Part shown: in pieces, positions 1-9,088 of the stretch
Position numbering within the stretch: the stretch's first letter is position 1
Layout: each line of letters opens with the position of its first letter
Assembly (NCBI GenBank): GCA_964589775.1
Contig: CAZPUN010000017.1
Span: 69,266-101,265 of the forward strand
From: an uncultured archaeon
GTDB taxonomy: Archaea > Asgardarchaeota > Thorarchaeia > Thorarchaeales > CAZPUN01
Direction of reading: 5' to 3'
DNA: 32,000 nt
The notes under the pieces: model-generated
Told to the model about the DNA's origin: nothing
The model's database searches: none
What the model saw: the letters and a program-made list of their open reading frames with translations, nothing else
Program-made: the position numbers and the translations under genes

Positions 1-1
1 T

Positions 2-88
2 TATGAAGACTTATCAAAATACTTACAGATTCCTAGGGCAATGGCAAAAGTAATATTATTAGAAATTAAATCCGAAAATGAGGAATAA
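2..88 (+). CDS. 3' end of a CDS truncated by the window edge (YEDLSKYLQIPRAMAKVILLEIKSENEE*), possibly a C-terminal helix-hairpin-helix-like segment
   Basis: Open frame from position 2 to TAA at 86-88, ending 2 nt before the hypD ATG. The amphipathic pattern loosely resembles HhH tails of UvrC/XPF-type nucleases but is too short to assign. Confidence 0.45.
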   Translation, partial: YEDLSKYLQIPRAMAKVILLEIKSENEE

Positions 89-90
89 GG

Positions 91-1188
91 ATGACAATTT
101 TGAATGAAATAGAAAAAGGTCTCAGAGACCCAAATAAGACAAAAGAGATCATTCAGCAGATTAGGCAAAAATCGGAAGGCTTGAAAATTAACATAGTTCA
201 TGTATGTGGAACCCATGAATATACGATAAGTCATTACGGATTAAGGTCTATATTACCAAAAAATATACGATTAATAGCAGGACCAGGTTGTCCGGTATGT
301 GTTTGTGCAGCAAAAGATATAGATGAAGCAATATATCTTGCAAAAAATGGCGTTACTTTGACAACCTTTGGAGACATGATTAGAGTTCCATCAACTAATG
401 AAACATTAAGTGAGGTACGAAGTAAAGGTGGAAAAGTAGTTGTAGTGTATAGTATTCATGATGCAGTAGAATACGCAAAATCACATCCGGATGAAGACGT
501 TGTATTTTTTGCAGCAGGATTTGAGACGACTGCACCAAGCATTGCTTATGAGGTTGTAAGTAATCCGCCAAGTAATTTCTCAGTTCTTACATCTCTAAAA
601 GTTGTGCCACCAGCAATGAAAATTATGCTTGATATTAAAGATATTAATGTAAGTGGGTTCATATGTCCAGGTCATGTATCCGCGATAATTGGTTCAGATG
701 CTTACAAAGAATTTCCAGAAAAATACAATATACCAACAGTTGTGGCAGGATTTGAACCGATAGATGTATTATATGCAATTTTACTGATTGTTGAGCAAGT
801 ACGAAATGGCGAGGCAAAAAATATCAATGAATATTTTAGGGTTGTTAGACCAGAAGGTAATATACAAGCGAAAAAGATCATGAATGATGCATTTACAATA
901 ATTGATACACAATGGCGGGGATTAGGCACAATAAAAAACTCGGGATTAGAAATTTCAGAAAAATATTCAGAATACAATGCTAGAAAGAAATATGATATCA
1001 AAATTGGAAAATCAGTAGATATTATTCCTGGATGCATCTGCCATTTAGTCATCGTAGGACTTGCAGAACCCGAAGAATGCCCATTCTTTGGAACAAAATG
1101 CACTCCACAAATGCCATATGGACCATGTATGGTTTCATATGAAGGCACATGTAGAATTCGATATGAGACAGGAGAAATCGAATTATAG
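91..1188 (+). CDS. hypD: [NiFe]-hydrogenase maturation protein HypD
   Basis: Motifs HVCGTH, GPGCPVC, GFETT, PGHVS and the C-terminal FeS region CIC...CPFFG..CTP..PYGPCMVS.EGTC. Confidence 0.97.
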   Translation: MTILNEIEKGLRDPNKTKEIIQQIRQKSEGLKINIVHVCGTHEYTISHYGLRSILPKNIRLIAGPGCPVCVCAAKDIDEAIYLAKNGVTLTTFGDMIRVPSTNETLSEVRSKGGKVVVVYSIHDAVEYAKSHPDEDVVFFAAGFETTAPSIAYEVVSNPPSNFSVLTSLKVVPPAMKIMLDIKDINVSGFICPGHVSAIIGSDAYKEFPEKYNIPTVVAGFEPIDVLYAILLIVEQVRNGEAKNINEYFRVVRPEGNIQAKKIMNDAFTIIDTQWRGLGTIKNSGLEISEKYSEYNARKKYDIKIGKSVDIIPGCICHLVIVGLAEPEECPFFGTKCTPQMPYGPCMVSYEGTCRIRYETGEIEL

Positions 1189-1818
1189 ATTTCTCTTCTT
1201 TAATATGTTTGTAATTTTTGAAAGATCTGCACGTGTATTAATATTCATAAACGAATACAGATTAGGATCTATTTGACGAAAAACTTCTGTAGAAACATAT
1301 AATACATTACGTAGTTCATCAATTATTTTATGAACGCGATACTCTTTATTATCTAACAGATCATGAACAATTTCTCGGGTAGAATTTGTATGATAAACTG
1401 AATGGAGGGGTTCGATATATCCAGAAGGCCATCTTGGAATTACTGCACCATGAGATGGTGCAAATGATAAAATAAAGTGTACAAATTCCGGAGAAATTAA
1501 GGGGGTATCTACGGGCAATACAAGTACATAATCTGTATTGATGTTTTTTAATCCAGTATATAATCCAACAAGTGGTGCAAAAATATTGGAGTTGTCTGGA
1601 ATTATATTTATATTAAAATTGGACAATAGAGACTCGTAATTATTTTTTTGTGATTCAGTCTTTACTACTACAACAATATCAGAAACAATTTGAGAAACCG
1701 TAGAAATTATAAAATAAGATAAAGGCTTTCCATTGATTAGGAATAATCCTTTATCTTCTGAGAATCGCTTTGATTGACCACCTGCTAAAACAATTACACC
1801 AAAAGATACATCATGCAT
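1183..1818 (-). CDS. mobA: Molybdenum cofactor guanylyltransferase (MobA-like NTP transferase)
   Basis: VLAGGQSKRF..DKG, PLVGLYTGL, LPVDTP, EPLHSVY and C-terminal FMNINT..DL motifs. Confidence 0.9.
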   Translation of the reverse strand: MHDVSFGVIVLAGGQSKRFSEDKGLFLINGKPLSYFIISTVSQIVSDIVVVVKTESQKNNYESLLSNFNINIIPDNSNIFAPLVGLYTGLKNINTDYVLVLPVDTPLISPEFVHFILSFAPSHGAVIPRWPSGYIEPLHSVYHTNSTREIVHDLLDNKEYRVHKIIDELRNVLYVSTEVFRQIDPNLYSFMNINTRADLSKITNILKKRNL

Positions 1819-1821
1819 AAC

Positions 1822-2373
1822 TTAACCTTCCTGATCTTGAATAAATTCAGATCCGATTTGTAATGCTTTCTTATTAAGATCTGCAAATCTGGGCCATCTA
1901 ACTTCAACGGCCTTTTCTGCGGAATCTAATGAGATAATTTTTGTAACTTCTATGAGTGATCCTAACATAACCATATTTGCAACTTGACGACGATATAACT
2001 TTGTTTCAGCAAGCTTTGTAGCGGGAACTGAAAACATTTTGACACCAGCAGGTAGTTTTCTATTCTTATCGACTGATACAAGATCAGACTCCACGAGAAT
2101 TACACCATTTTCACGAATTTGCGAACCATATTCAACGTATGAACCTTGGTTAAAGCAAATTAAGGCATCAGGCTCCAAGACAAGAGGATAATCAATTTCT
2201 TCATTTGAAATAACAACTTCACCTCTACTTGATCCCCCTCGTGCCTCAGGGCCATAACTCTGAGTTTGTACAACATTTTTTCCTTCAAACATTGATGCAG
2301 CATATCCTAAAATATATGCGGCAGCCACAATTCCTTGGCCACCAAATCCTGCGAATCGGACTTCATATCGCAT
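1822..2373 (-). CDS. korC: 2-oxoacid:ferredoxin oxidoreductase gamma subunit (KorC-like)
   Basis: RFAGFGGQG, QSYGPEARGG, ANMVMLG motifs; last gene of the four-subunit operon. Substrate specificity cannot be determined. Confidence 0.92.
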   Translation of the reverse strand: MRYEVRFAGFGGQGIVAAAYILGYAASMFEGKNVVQTQSYGPEARGGSSRGEVVISNEEIDYPLVLEPDALICFNQGSYVEYGSQIRENGVILVESDLVSVDKNRKLPAGVKMFSVPATKLAETKLYRRQVANMVMLGSLIEVTKIISLDSAEKAVEVRWPRFADLNKKALQIGSEFIQDQEG

Positions 2374-3209
2374 TATTTATTTTCCTCCTTAACAGAAAGG
2401 ATTAGTTTATCATATAATTCAGTCAACTCAGGCTTTGTAGTATCTACAAATTCTCCACAAACTAGAATTTCATTAAAATCAAAATCTGCTTCTTCAGGAG
2501 GTACATTTTTCTTGACTTCAATCTTCTTAAGATGCTCAAGCATTTCTGGGGCATCACCAAGACGATTGTAACGCCCATAGGCAGTAGGGCATATACCAAC
2601 GAATTCTATAAATGAGAAACCTTTGTGTAAAATTGCTTTCTTTATACTTTTTACGCCTTTAAATACGTCTAGGGGGGTCCATCTAGCAACATAAGTAGCT
2701 CCCGCAGATGCAGCCAGCTTAGATAAATTGAATGGCTGCTCAATTGTACCATAGGGTGATGTCTGGGTTCTACTTTTCAGTGGTGTAGTCGGACCATACT
2801 GACCCCCGGTCATGCCATAATTAAAATTATTAATAGCTATGACAGTTATGTCTATGTTTCTACGTGCTGCATGAATTAGATGATTCCCGCCAATAGAAGC
2901 AAGATCACCATCACCACTAATTACGATTACATTTAGTTCAGGATTTGCTAATTTTACACCAGTTGCAAATGGGATTGCTCGACCATGTGTGGTGTGAAAT
3001 GCACATGCATTAAAATAACCACTTGCACGTCCAGTACAACCAATACCTGAGACAACCACAGTTTTTGTTAAATCAAGATTTAATTCTTTCATAGCACGAG
3101 CAACCATACCAATTATAGTCCCAATACTACAACCAGGACAAAAGATAAAAGGCAGTCTATCGGTCCGTATATAATCTGCAAGAGGATGTGGGGATACTTT
3201 TTGTGCCAA
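2373..3209 (-). CDS. korB: 2-oxoacid:ferredoxin oxidoreductase beta subunit (TPP-binding)
   Basis: FCPGC, VSGIGC, HTTHGRA, GDGD...GGNH, NN..YGMTGGQ motifs; TTG start preceded by a GGAGGT SD. Confidence 0.94.
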   Translation of the reverse strand: MAQKVSPHPLADYIRTDRLPFIFCPGCSIGTIIGMVARAMKELNLDLTKTVVVSGIGCTGRASGYFNACAFHTTHGRAIPFATGVKLANPELNVIVISGDGDLASIGGNHLIHAARRNIDITVIAINNFNYGMTGGQYGPTTPLKSRTQTSPYGTIEQPFNLSKLAASAGATYVARWTPLDVFKGVKSIKKAILHKGFSFIEFVGICPTAYGRYNRLGDAPEMLEHLKKIEVKKNVPPEEADFDFNEILVCGEFVDTTKPELTELYDKLILSVKEENK

Positions 3210-3212
3210 TGT

Positions 3213-4361
3213 TTATACCTCCATAACAACATCCAAGATCTCCTTAGGCAATGGAATATTTCCTGTTAATTTAGAAAATGGAATTACAGGAACAGTACCA
3301 GTAAATCGTTCAACTTCTCTAACAATCTGACCATAATTCATTTCAGGTACGACAAATGCCTTTGCGGTCTTGCTTAATTCTTTTACTTTTTTACCCGGAA
3401 ATGGCCAAATTGTAATTAAACGTAACAAACCAACTTTAATGCCCTTTTTTCTACCATCAATAACAGCTCGTTTAGCACTTCTAGCAGTAGAGCCATATGC
3501 AATAAGAACGATTTCTGCATCATCTAACATAAATTCTTCATATTTTATAATTTTATCAGCATTTTTACGAATCTTATCACATAATCGCTTCACAAGAGAT
3601 TCATAAACCTTGGGATCATTATCGGGATAACCCATTTCATTATGAGTTAGACCCGTAGCATAAAATCTATAGCCACTTCCAAACGTTGCCATGGGAGGAA
3701 CAAGAGATTCATCAACTTTAAACGGCTTGTATTCCTCAGGCTTACATGTGGGCTTTTTGCGATTTACAATTTTGATCTCAGACTTTTTAGGAATTACTAA
3801 TTTTTCACGCATGTGGCCCAAGATACCATCAGCTAGAACAAATACGGGAACACGATATTCCTCAGATAGGTTAAACGCTTCAATTGTAAGTGAATACATT
3901 TCCTGAACAGTAGATGGTGCGAGCGCAATTATTTCGTAGTCACCATGGCTTCCCCATTTAGCTTGCATAATGTCGCCTTGCCCAGCATTAGTAGGAGATC
4001 CAGTACTGGGCCCACATCGCATAACATTAATAATAACTAGAGGCGCCTCGACCATAGCTGCCAATCCAATATTTTCGAGCATAAGACTAATACCCGGGCC
4101 AGCTGTCGCAGTCATTGCCTTGACACCAGTATATGATGCACCAATAGCTGCTATTATAGAAGCTATCTCATCTTCCATCTGAATATACTTTCCACCGACC
4201 ATCGGTAATCGCTTTGCCATGATTTCCGCAATTTCAGTAGCGGGTGTAATTGGATAACCTGCAAAAAATCGGCATCCAGCGGAAATAGCACCTTCCGCAC
4301 AGGCAAGATCACCCATTGTGAAATGTTCACCAGTTAATACATCTTTATCATTATTTGACAT
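3213..4361 (-). CDS. korA: 2-oxoacid:ferredoxin oxidoreductase alpha subunit
   Basis: FAGYPITPATE, QMEDE, TATAGPG, GPSTG.PT, PEMNYGQ motifs. Confidence 0.94.
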   Translation of the reverse strand: MSNNDKDVLTGEHFTMGDLACAEGAISAGCRFFAGYPITPATEIAEIMAKRLPMVGGKYIQMEDEIASIIAAIGASYTGVKAMTATAGPGISLMLENIGLAAMVEAPLVIINVMRCGPSTGSPTNAGQGDIMQAKWGSHGDYEIIALAPSTVQEMYSLTIEAFNLSEEYRVPVFVLADGILGHMREKLVIPKKSEIKIVNRKKPTCKPEEYKPFKVDESLVPPMATFGSGYRFYATGLTHNEMGYPDNDPKVYESLVKRLCDKIRKNADKIIKYEEFMLDDAEIVLIAYGSTARSAKRAVIDGRKKGIKVGLLRLITIWPFPGKKVKELSKTAKAFVVPEMNYGQIVREVERFTGTVPVIPFSKLTGNIPLPKEILDVVMEV

Positions 4362-4367
4362 TAAAAA

Positions 4368-4649
4368 TTACGCCTCCTGTTTTGCGCGCTCCTTTTTTTG
4401 CTCCCATTCGAGATAAATTGCAAAATCAGGACAATTATATTCACATAGTAAACATCCAATACAATCATCAGGCTTTGACAAAGTTGCGGGATAATATCCC
4501 TTTGAGTTGAAGTATTTAGCAAAATCTAAACATTTTCGAGGGCATACCATTATACAAATGCCACACCCTTTACAATAATCCTCATTAATTACAACTCGCC
4601 ATGTTCGACCACGCGAGGATATAGGTTTTGATACTACATGAGAGGACAT
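4368..4649 (-). CDS. korD: 2[4Fe-4S] ferredoxin, delta subunit of the oxidoreductase
   Basis: CKGCGICIMVCP and CIGCLLCEYNCPDFAI motifs; first gene of the operon. Confidence 0.92.
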   Translation of the reverse strand: MSSHVVSKPISSRGRTWRVVINEDYCKGCGICIMVCPRKCLDFAKYFNSKGYYPATLSKPDDCIGCLLCEYNCPDFAIYLEWEQKKERAKQEA

Positions 4650-4773
4650 TGTTGGATCTCCCAGATTATTTTTTTAAAGTTTTATGTATAAATGTAATGA
4701 TATTGAATTATGATTGTGGCAAAACACGATATGAACGATATAAATGTTCCTTAATGAACATTGAGGAGAAGGT

Positions 4774-5514
4774 ATGAACTTGAAAAGATGGCATAAATGT
4801 GATGTTGCAAGGATTAACAAAATTCTTTATGAGATTTATAATATCAAAGCAAAGTCTATTGAAAATATTGGTGGGAAAAAAAATATTGTGTGCAAAGTGA
4901 CTATGGAAAATAAAGAATTTGTTATAAAAATATACAAAGTAGGCGATATGAAACAAGAATTGAAACTTCTTCAAATTTGTACTACACTAAGTATTACAGT
5001 TCCAAAGGTCGAACATGTGGGAACCGATTATATAATTTTAGAATATATTAATGGCATAAATATGGGTGATTTACTAGAAAATAATTTTTCAGAGATACAT
5101 ATTAAAAAATTATCACAATGGATCTTTGAGTTCCATACAAAATTAAAAAATCAAATGGGCATAGACTGGATCAAGGGAGATTCTAGAATAACAAACTATA
5201 TTTTCTCAAATAATAGAGTATATGGTATAGATTTTGAAGAATCAAATAATGGTCCGTGGCAAAAAGATATTGCTGAAATCGCAACATCCATCTTAGACTT
5301 AGATCCAATGTTTACTGATACAAAGATAAAAATCGCTAGAGAATTCATAAAACAATATTTAATTTTGAGAAAAAATATTAGTAAAAAAGAAATAGAAGTC
5401 CTACAAAAATTTATAATTAACACACTACAGGATACATCTAAGCGTCGCGGAAATATAGTTGAGATTAACAATTTTGTAGAACAAATAAAACAAGATAAAA
5501 TAAAATTAATCTAG
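4774..5514 (+). CDS. Atypical kinase of the protein-kinase-like fold (APH/RIO/Bud32-like)
   Basis: FVIKIY (ATP Lys), helix-C Glu (QELKLL), VPKV, ILEYING hinge, catalytic loop KGDSRITN, IDFEES, DIAE; GAGGAG SD upstream. Confidence 0.75.
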   Translation: MNLKRWHKCDVARINKILYEIYNIKAKSIENIGGKKNIVCKVTMENKEFVIKIYKVGDMKQELKLLQICTTLSITVPKVEHVGTDYIILEYINGINMGDLLENNFSEIHIKKLSQWIFEFHTKLKNQMGIDWIKGDSRITNYIFSNNRVYGIDFEESNNGPWQKDIAEIATSILDLDPMFTDTKIKIAREFIKQYLILRKNISKKEIEVLQKFIINTLQDTSKRRGNIVEINNFVEQIKQDKIKLI

Positions 5515-6063
5515 AATTACCAAATCTGCGATACCATTCTTTATTAGTATTTTTGCATTTAATGAGGGAAGAATGACAATATCACCCTTTGAAAAAGGAC
5601 CATATGAAATCATATCTGCACCCATTATAGCAGGATAATCCTTGTGAAATAAAACAAGCATTTTTTCAGGTTCAGCCACAGTTTCTTTCTCAACAGAAGG
5701 TTCAAGTGTAGTTCCAGAAGAAATATTATTAACAAAGTCAAAATAGTCAGAATATGCACGCTTCATTCGTTCAAAATATTGAGATTCATCAAGTGTAATA
5801 AGAGATAAATCAATATCAGTATTTGAGAAAACATAATTCATAATTTTTGATAAACGAACATCTAACAAATCTTGTAACATATATTCCATATTTTTCAATT
5901 TTTGTTCAATTAGTCGTTCAGTAATTCTATCTGTAGATTTGGCTAAAACAACTCTTGTCTCACTGATTTCACGTGCAATATCGTTTAGAAATGCATCTGA
6001 TAACGAAGATAAAGACGAATCGGATATTTCTTGTAGCCATTTTTCATATAATTTTTTATACAT
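5506..6063 (-). CDS. GINS subunit, Gins15/Gins51 type (A domain followed by B domain)
   Basis: MYKKLYEKW start, helical A domain with R..KI, C-terminal PAIMGADM.SYGPF.KGDIV.LP..NA.IL...G. The ATG at 6061-6063 overlaps the priS stop and is preferred over the track start at 6081. Confidence 0.88.
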   Translation of the reverse strand: MYKKLYEKWLQEISDSSLSSLSDAFLNDIAREISETRVVLAKSTDRITERLIEQKLKNMEYMLQDLLDVRLSKIMNYVFSNTDIDLSLITLDESQYFERMKRAYSDYFDFVNNISSGTTLEPSVEKETVAEPEKMLVLFHKDYPAIMGADMISYGPFSKGDIVILPSLNAKILIKNGIADLVILD

Positions 6064-7264
6064 CGAGTTCAAGAGTTGCAACCCCTTTGCAAAGCATGAA
6101 TACTGCTACCGACATAGGAACTTCAACAGTTACATTGTTATATGGTCCATAATACTCATTACCAATTCTAATCTTGGGCGATTCTTTAATATGAATTGTT
6201 AATTCACCTCTAAAGAAAATTGCGTCACTAAATGGATCATATGATTCTAAATCATTAAATGAAATATTCATCACTTTAAATCCAGTTCCACCATGTAATG
6301 AACCAGGCAAGCGTATTAATCTTTTTGTATCATATGCAACAGGTTCGTCAATTTTAGCGCTATAATGATGTGCTACAAATTTTCCAATTTCTTGCCATGT
6401 AGATTCACTAATTCGAGGTATTACACCAAGATTTGGATTTGGCGATTGTAGTGCTTTGATAAACACCTCTTTGTTTTTATTCAATATATTTGCCCAACGA
6501 AAATTCAGTGAATCAAGATCATTTGAAAGAGATACTAAATACCTAATAAGACGCCCCTTCCATCCGGGAGATTTTAAAGATGGCGCAGGATTTCCCATAA
6601 GCCTACCAAACCCGAAATATTTAGGAACAATACCCACTCCAGTCAAATAATCAACGATCTCTCGACGTGCGCGTTGGTTTAATTCTTTTACAAAATCTGA
6701 TAGGACATGTACATGATAACCTCTATGTCCGGAAAAGACTATGCTTAATTCATGCTTACTAATGCCAAAGTCAGGTATTAAAAAATCTTCTATTATTTTA
6801 TAAACCTCATTTTTTGCAGTGTCTAAACATTGTTCACATAGCCATTTCTTCACTTTTAATTTATCAGAACCACATTTAGGACATTTCTCGGGAGGAACAC
6901 CTTTTCCTTTCATTCCACATTTTAGACATGTCCAAGTATCATGTTCTTTCTTACATGGTGTATTAAGGTGGTCCGCATCAATATCAAAAACCAATTCGGC
7001 ACCCAACCAACCTTTTTCAGCCATAATTGATGCGCCAGGATTGTCATAATATGCTGTCGAATAAAAAGCATGTTTGGGGGCATATGTTGTGAGATATTTA
7101 ATTAAAGCATCAGGACTTTGAAAACTTAAATGCCTACGCATAGAAGGAATATCAAAATGAAAGAATCCAAATTCGCGTTGTGAAATTTTTTCGGGAATCG
7201 AAATAATTGACTTTGATTCATTATAATATTGGCGGAATTTATTTCTTAGAAACGTTTGACTTAT
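6056..7264 (-). CDS. priS: DNA primase catalytic subunit PriS; start uncertain, extended to a putative ATA
   Basis: ELVFDIDAD, FSGHRGYH, IDEPV..D..RLIRLPGSLH motifs. The frame stays open upstream of the track ATG (7141) and encodes the conserved F.QYY...P..I..REFGF segment, with no ATG/GTG/TTG before the in-frame TGA at 7280-7282. Confidence 0.93.
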   Translation of the reverse strand: MSQTFLRNKFRQYYNESKSIISIPEKISQREFGFFHFDIPSMRRHLSFQSPDALIKYLTTYAPKHAFYSTAYYDNPGASIMAEKGWLGAELVFDIDADHLNTPCKKEHDTWTCLKCGMKGKGVPPEKCPKCGSDKLKVKKWLCEQCLDTAKNEVYKIIEDFLIPDFGISKHELSIVFSGHRGYHVHVLSDFVKELNQRARREIVDYLTGVGIVPKYFGFGRLMGNPAPSLKSPGWKGRLIRYLVSLSNDLDSLNFRWANILNKNKEVFIKALQSPNPNLGVIPRISESTWQEIGKFVAHHYSAKIDEPVAYDTKRLIRLPGSLHGGTGFKVMNISFNDLESYDPFSDAIFFRGELTIHIKESPKIRIGNEYYGPYNNVTVEVPMSVAVFMLCKGVATLELDV

Positions 7265-8297
7265 CTTTTTTGCCCCCTTTCAGAATTCTTAATTTTCTCT
7301 TGTAATAATTAAGAGGATGTGATACACGCTCACATAATTTTTCTTCAGGAAAACATAAACCTATTGTGCGTAAATAAGAACACGATGGAGGAGTATAAGG
7401 AGTCCTCGACCCGCGAAGGCCCGCAATATGTTCTATTTGATACCTTGCAATTTCTGGATCAAAATCAGGCGATGCAGAAAATAAGTTTAGTATATCATCG
7501 ATTTGCATTCCAATTTTTAGTAGAAATGCAGTCATTGCAAACCTTGCTTGATGCGGAAGACCATGTCCACTTTTAGTTTCAGAGATCATATATTTTATGC
7601 ATGGGGGAAATGCTTCCTCATTAATCTGCGACAGATCAACATCAGAATATTTCGCAATCTGACGATTCAGAACAATTTTTACGCGCGAAACAACTTGCTC
7701 TAATGCCTCTGGAATTTTTCGGGGAAGTACATGATGTGATGTGATAATTCGAAACTTTACTTTTTCAGAGATAAGTCGGACAAGTTCATCTTTATTTAAA
7801 TATACATAACCTTTGATTAAAAAACGATTTACTAGTTTCCACGTATCAGAAAAGTAAACTGATGCATCTAGAAATGATGAGAAATGCATTTTAAATTCAA
7901 TTATTCTAGAACCAAACAGTGGCTCTGTTTCATCAAAAGAAGTTAATAATACATCCCAGTTTAAAGTTGTTTTAGCAATATGAACTATTTTTTTAAGAGG
8001 CTCATCCTTTAACAATACTTCGATACGTTTTGATTCTGCAGTCGCAAAACGATGCAATAAATATTCATTTCGAATGTAGGCAATGATAAATCTGATTAAT
8101 GGATAAATAAATATATTTGAATATTGATTTATTCTTCCGGTCAGTATAACTTCTTTTAAAATAAGCTCGGATTCGCTAAGAACTTTTGAATATTCCGAGC
8201 TAGCAAGGTCTGAAAGTGAGATAGGATGACTTTTCATATATTCTTCAAATTCTATTGTAAATGGATATTTTAGTAGATCGAGCTTAGATAATTGCAT
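7239..8297 (-). CDS. priL: DNA primase large subunit PriL (with FeS domain)
   Basis: KYPF, WKLVNR.L.KGYV, FPPCI, LPHQARF, SPDFD..IARYQIEHIAG, Y.PPSC..L...GLC motifs; ATG at 8295-8297 has a GGAGT SD. Confidence 0.95.
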   Translation of the reverse strand: MQLSKLDLLKYPFTIEFEEYMKSHPISLSDLASSEYSKVLSESELILKEVILTGRINQYSNIFIYPLIRFIIAYIRNEYLLHRFATAESKRIEVLLKDEPLKKIVHIAKTTLNWDVLLTSFDETEPLFGSRIIEFKMHFSSFLDASVYFSDTWKLVNRFLIKGYVYLNKDELVRLISEKVKFRIITSHHVLPRKIPEALEQVVSRVKIVLNRQIAKYSDVDLSQINEEAFPPCIKYMISETKSGHGLPHQARFAMTAFLLKIGMQIDDILNLFSASPDFDPEIARYQIEHIAGLRGSRTPYTPPSCSYLRTIGLCFPEEKLCERVSHPLNYYKRKLRILKGGKKDKSNVSKK

Positions 8298-8321
8298 TTC
8301 AGATACTCCAAATTTAAGCAC

Positions 8322-9074
8322 TTAAACTCGTTCAACACGAGGCGCGATAATATAGGATATACGACCACCACCAGGAAGGCCAAAATCCATCTGTAATGGG
8401 CGTTCAGAAGCAAATTGCAAGCGGACGGTATCTGAAGCACTTATTGCTTTGATCATATCTGAAAGATAGCTTAATGCATACATTGCACGAGAAGGCGCAG
8501 AAATCTCCATAGAGAGAACGGCTTCGTTTTCACGTTCAACAATAACAGACACTTCACCAGCATCTCCAGTACCTTTAATTTCGAATGCTTTTTCGCTTGC
8601 TTCAAATATAACTTGACTCGCAACAACTTGAGCATCTCTAATTGCTTGCTTTAATAATTCACCATTCATTTCAATCTTAGTTGTTGATTTGAGATTGGGT
8701 TTCTTTGGAATGGGTTCTGTTGAATCGAGTAGAGGTAATGAGAACACTCGTTTTGCACGACCAACTAACGTAATTTGAAGACGCTCACGTTCGGGTTGAA
8801 GACTTAATTGAACAAGATCATCACCCTGAACACGCTTAGTAACTTTTACGAGATCATCCATACTTACTGATATTTCATATCGTTCATCACAATGATATTC
8901 ATCGAATGATGCGTTAGGTATGTACAGGTCTACCATAGCAGCTTTTGATGGGTCGAGCGCCCTGAGAAATAATGCTTCAGGTTCAGCAACAAATCTTGCC
9001 TCATTAATTAAAGTAGATATAGCATCAATGATTTGCTTCCAGAGTTTTCCGCTAGAAAGAACTGCATTAAACAT
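8322..9074 (-). CDS. pcn: DNA sliding clamp PCNA
   Basis: 250 aa; LRALDPSKAAMVDL, FDEY.C, Y.L.YL..M.K, C-terminal Y.IAPR; GGGAGG SD. Confidence 0.96.
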   Translation of the reverse strand: MFNAVLSSGKLWKQIIDAISTLINEARFVAEPEALFLRALDPSKAAMVDLYIPNASFDEYHCDERYEISVSMDDLVKVTKRVQGDDLVQLSLQPERERLQITLVGRAKRVFSLPLLDSTEPIPKKPNLKSTTKIEMNGELLKQAIRDAQVVASQVIFEASEKAFEIKGTGDAGEVSVIVERENEAVLSMEISAPSRAMYALSYLSDMIKAISASDTVRLQFASERPLQMDFGLPGGGRISYIIAPRVERV

Positions 9075-9088
9075 TTAATATAACCTCC

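Noticed and set aside
702-1148. 148-aa antisense ORF inside hypD, and the other short nested or antisense ORFs in the track
   Set aside because: Shadows of well-supported genes on the opposite strand or frame; no motifs or SDs.
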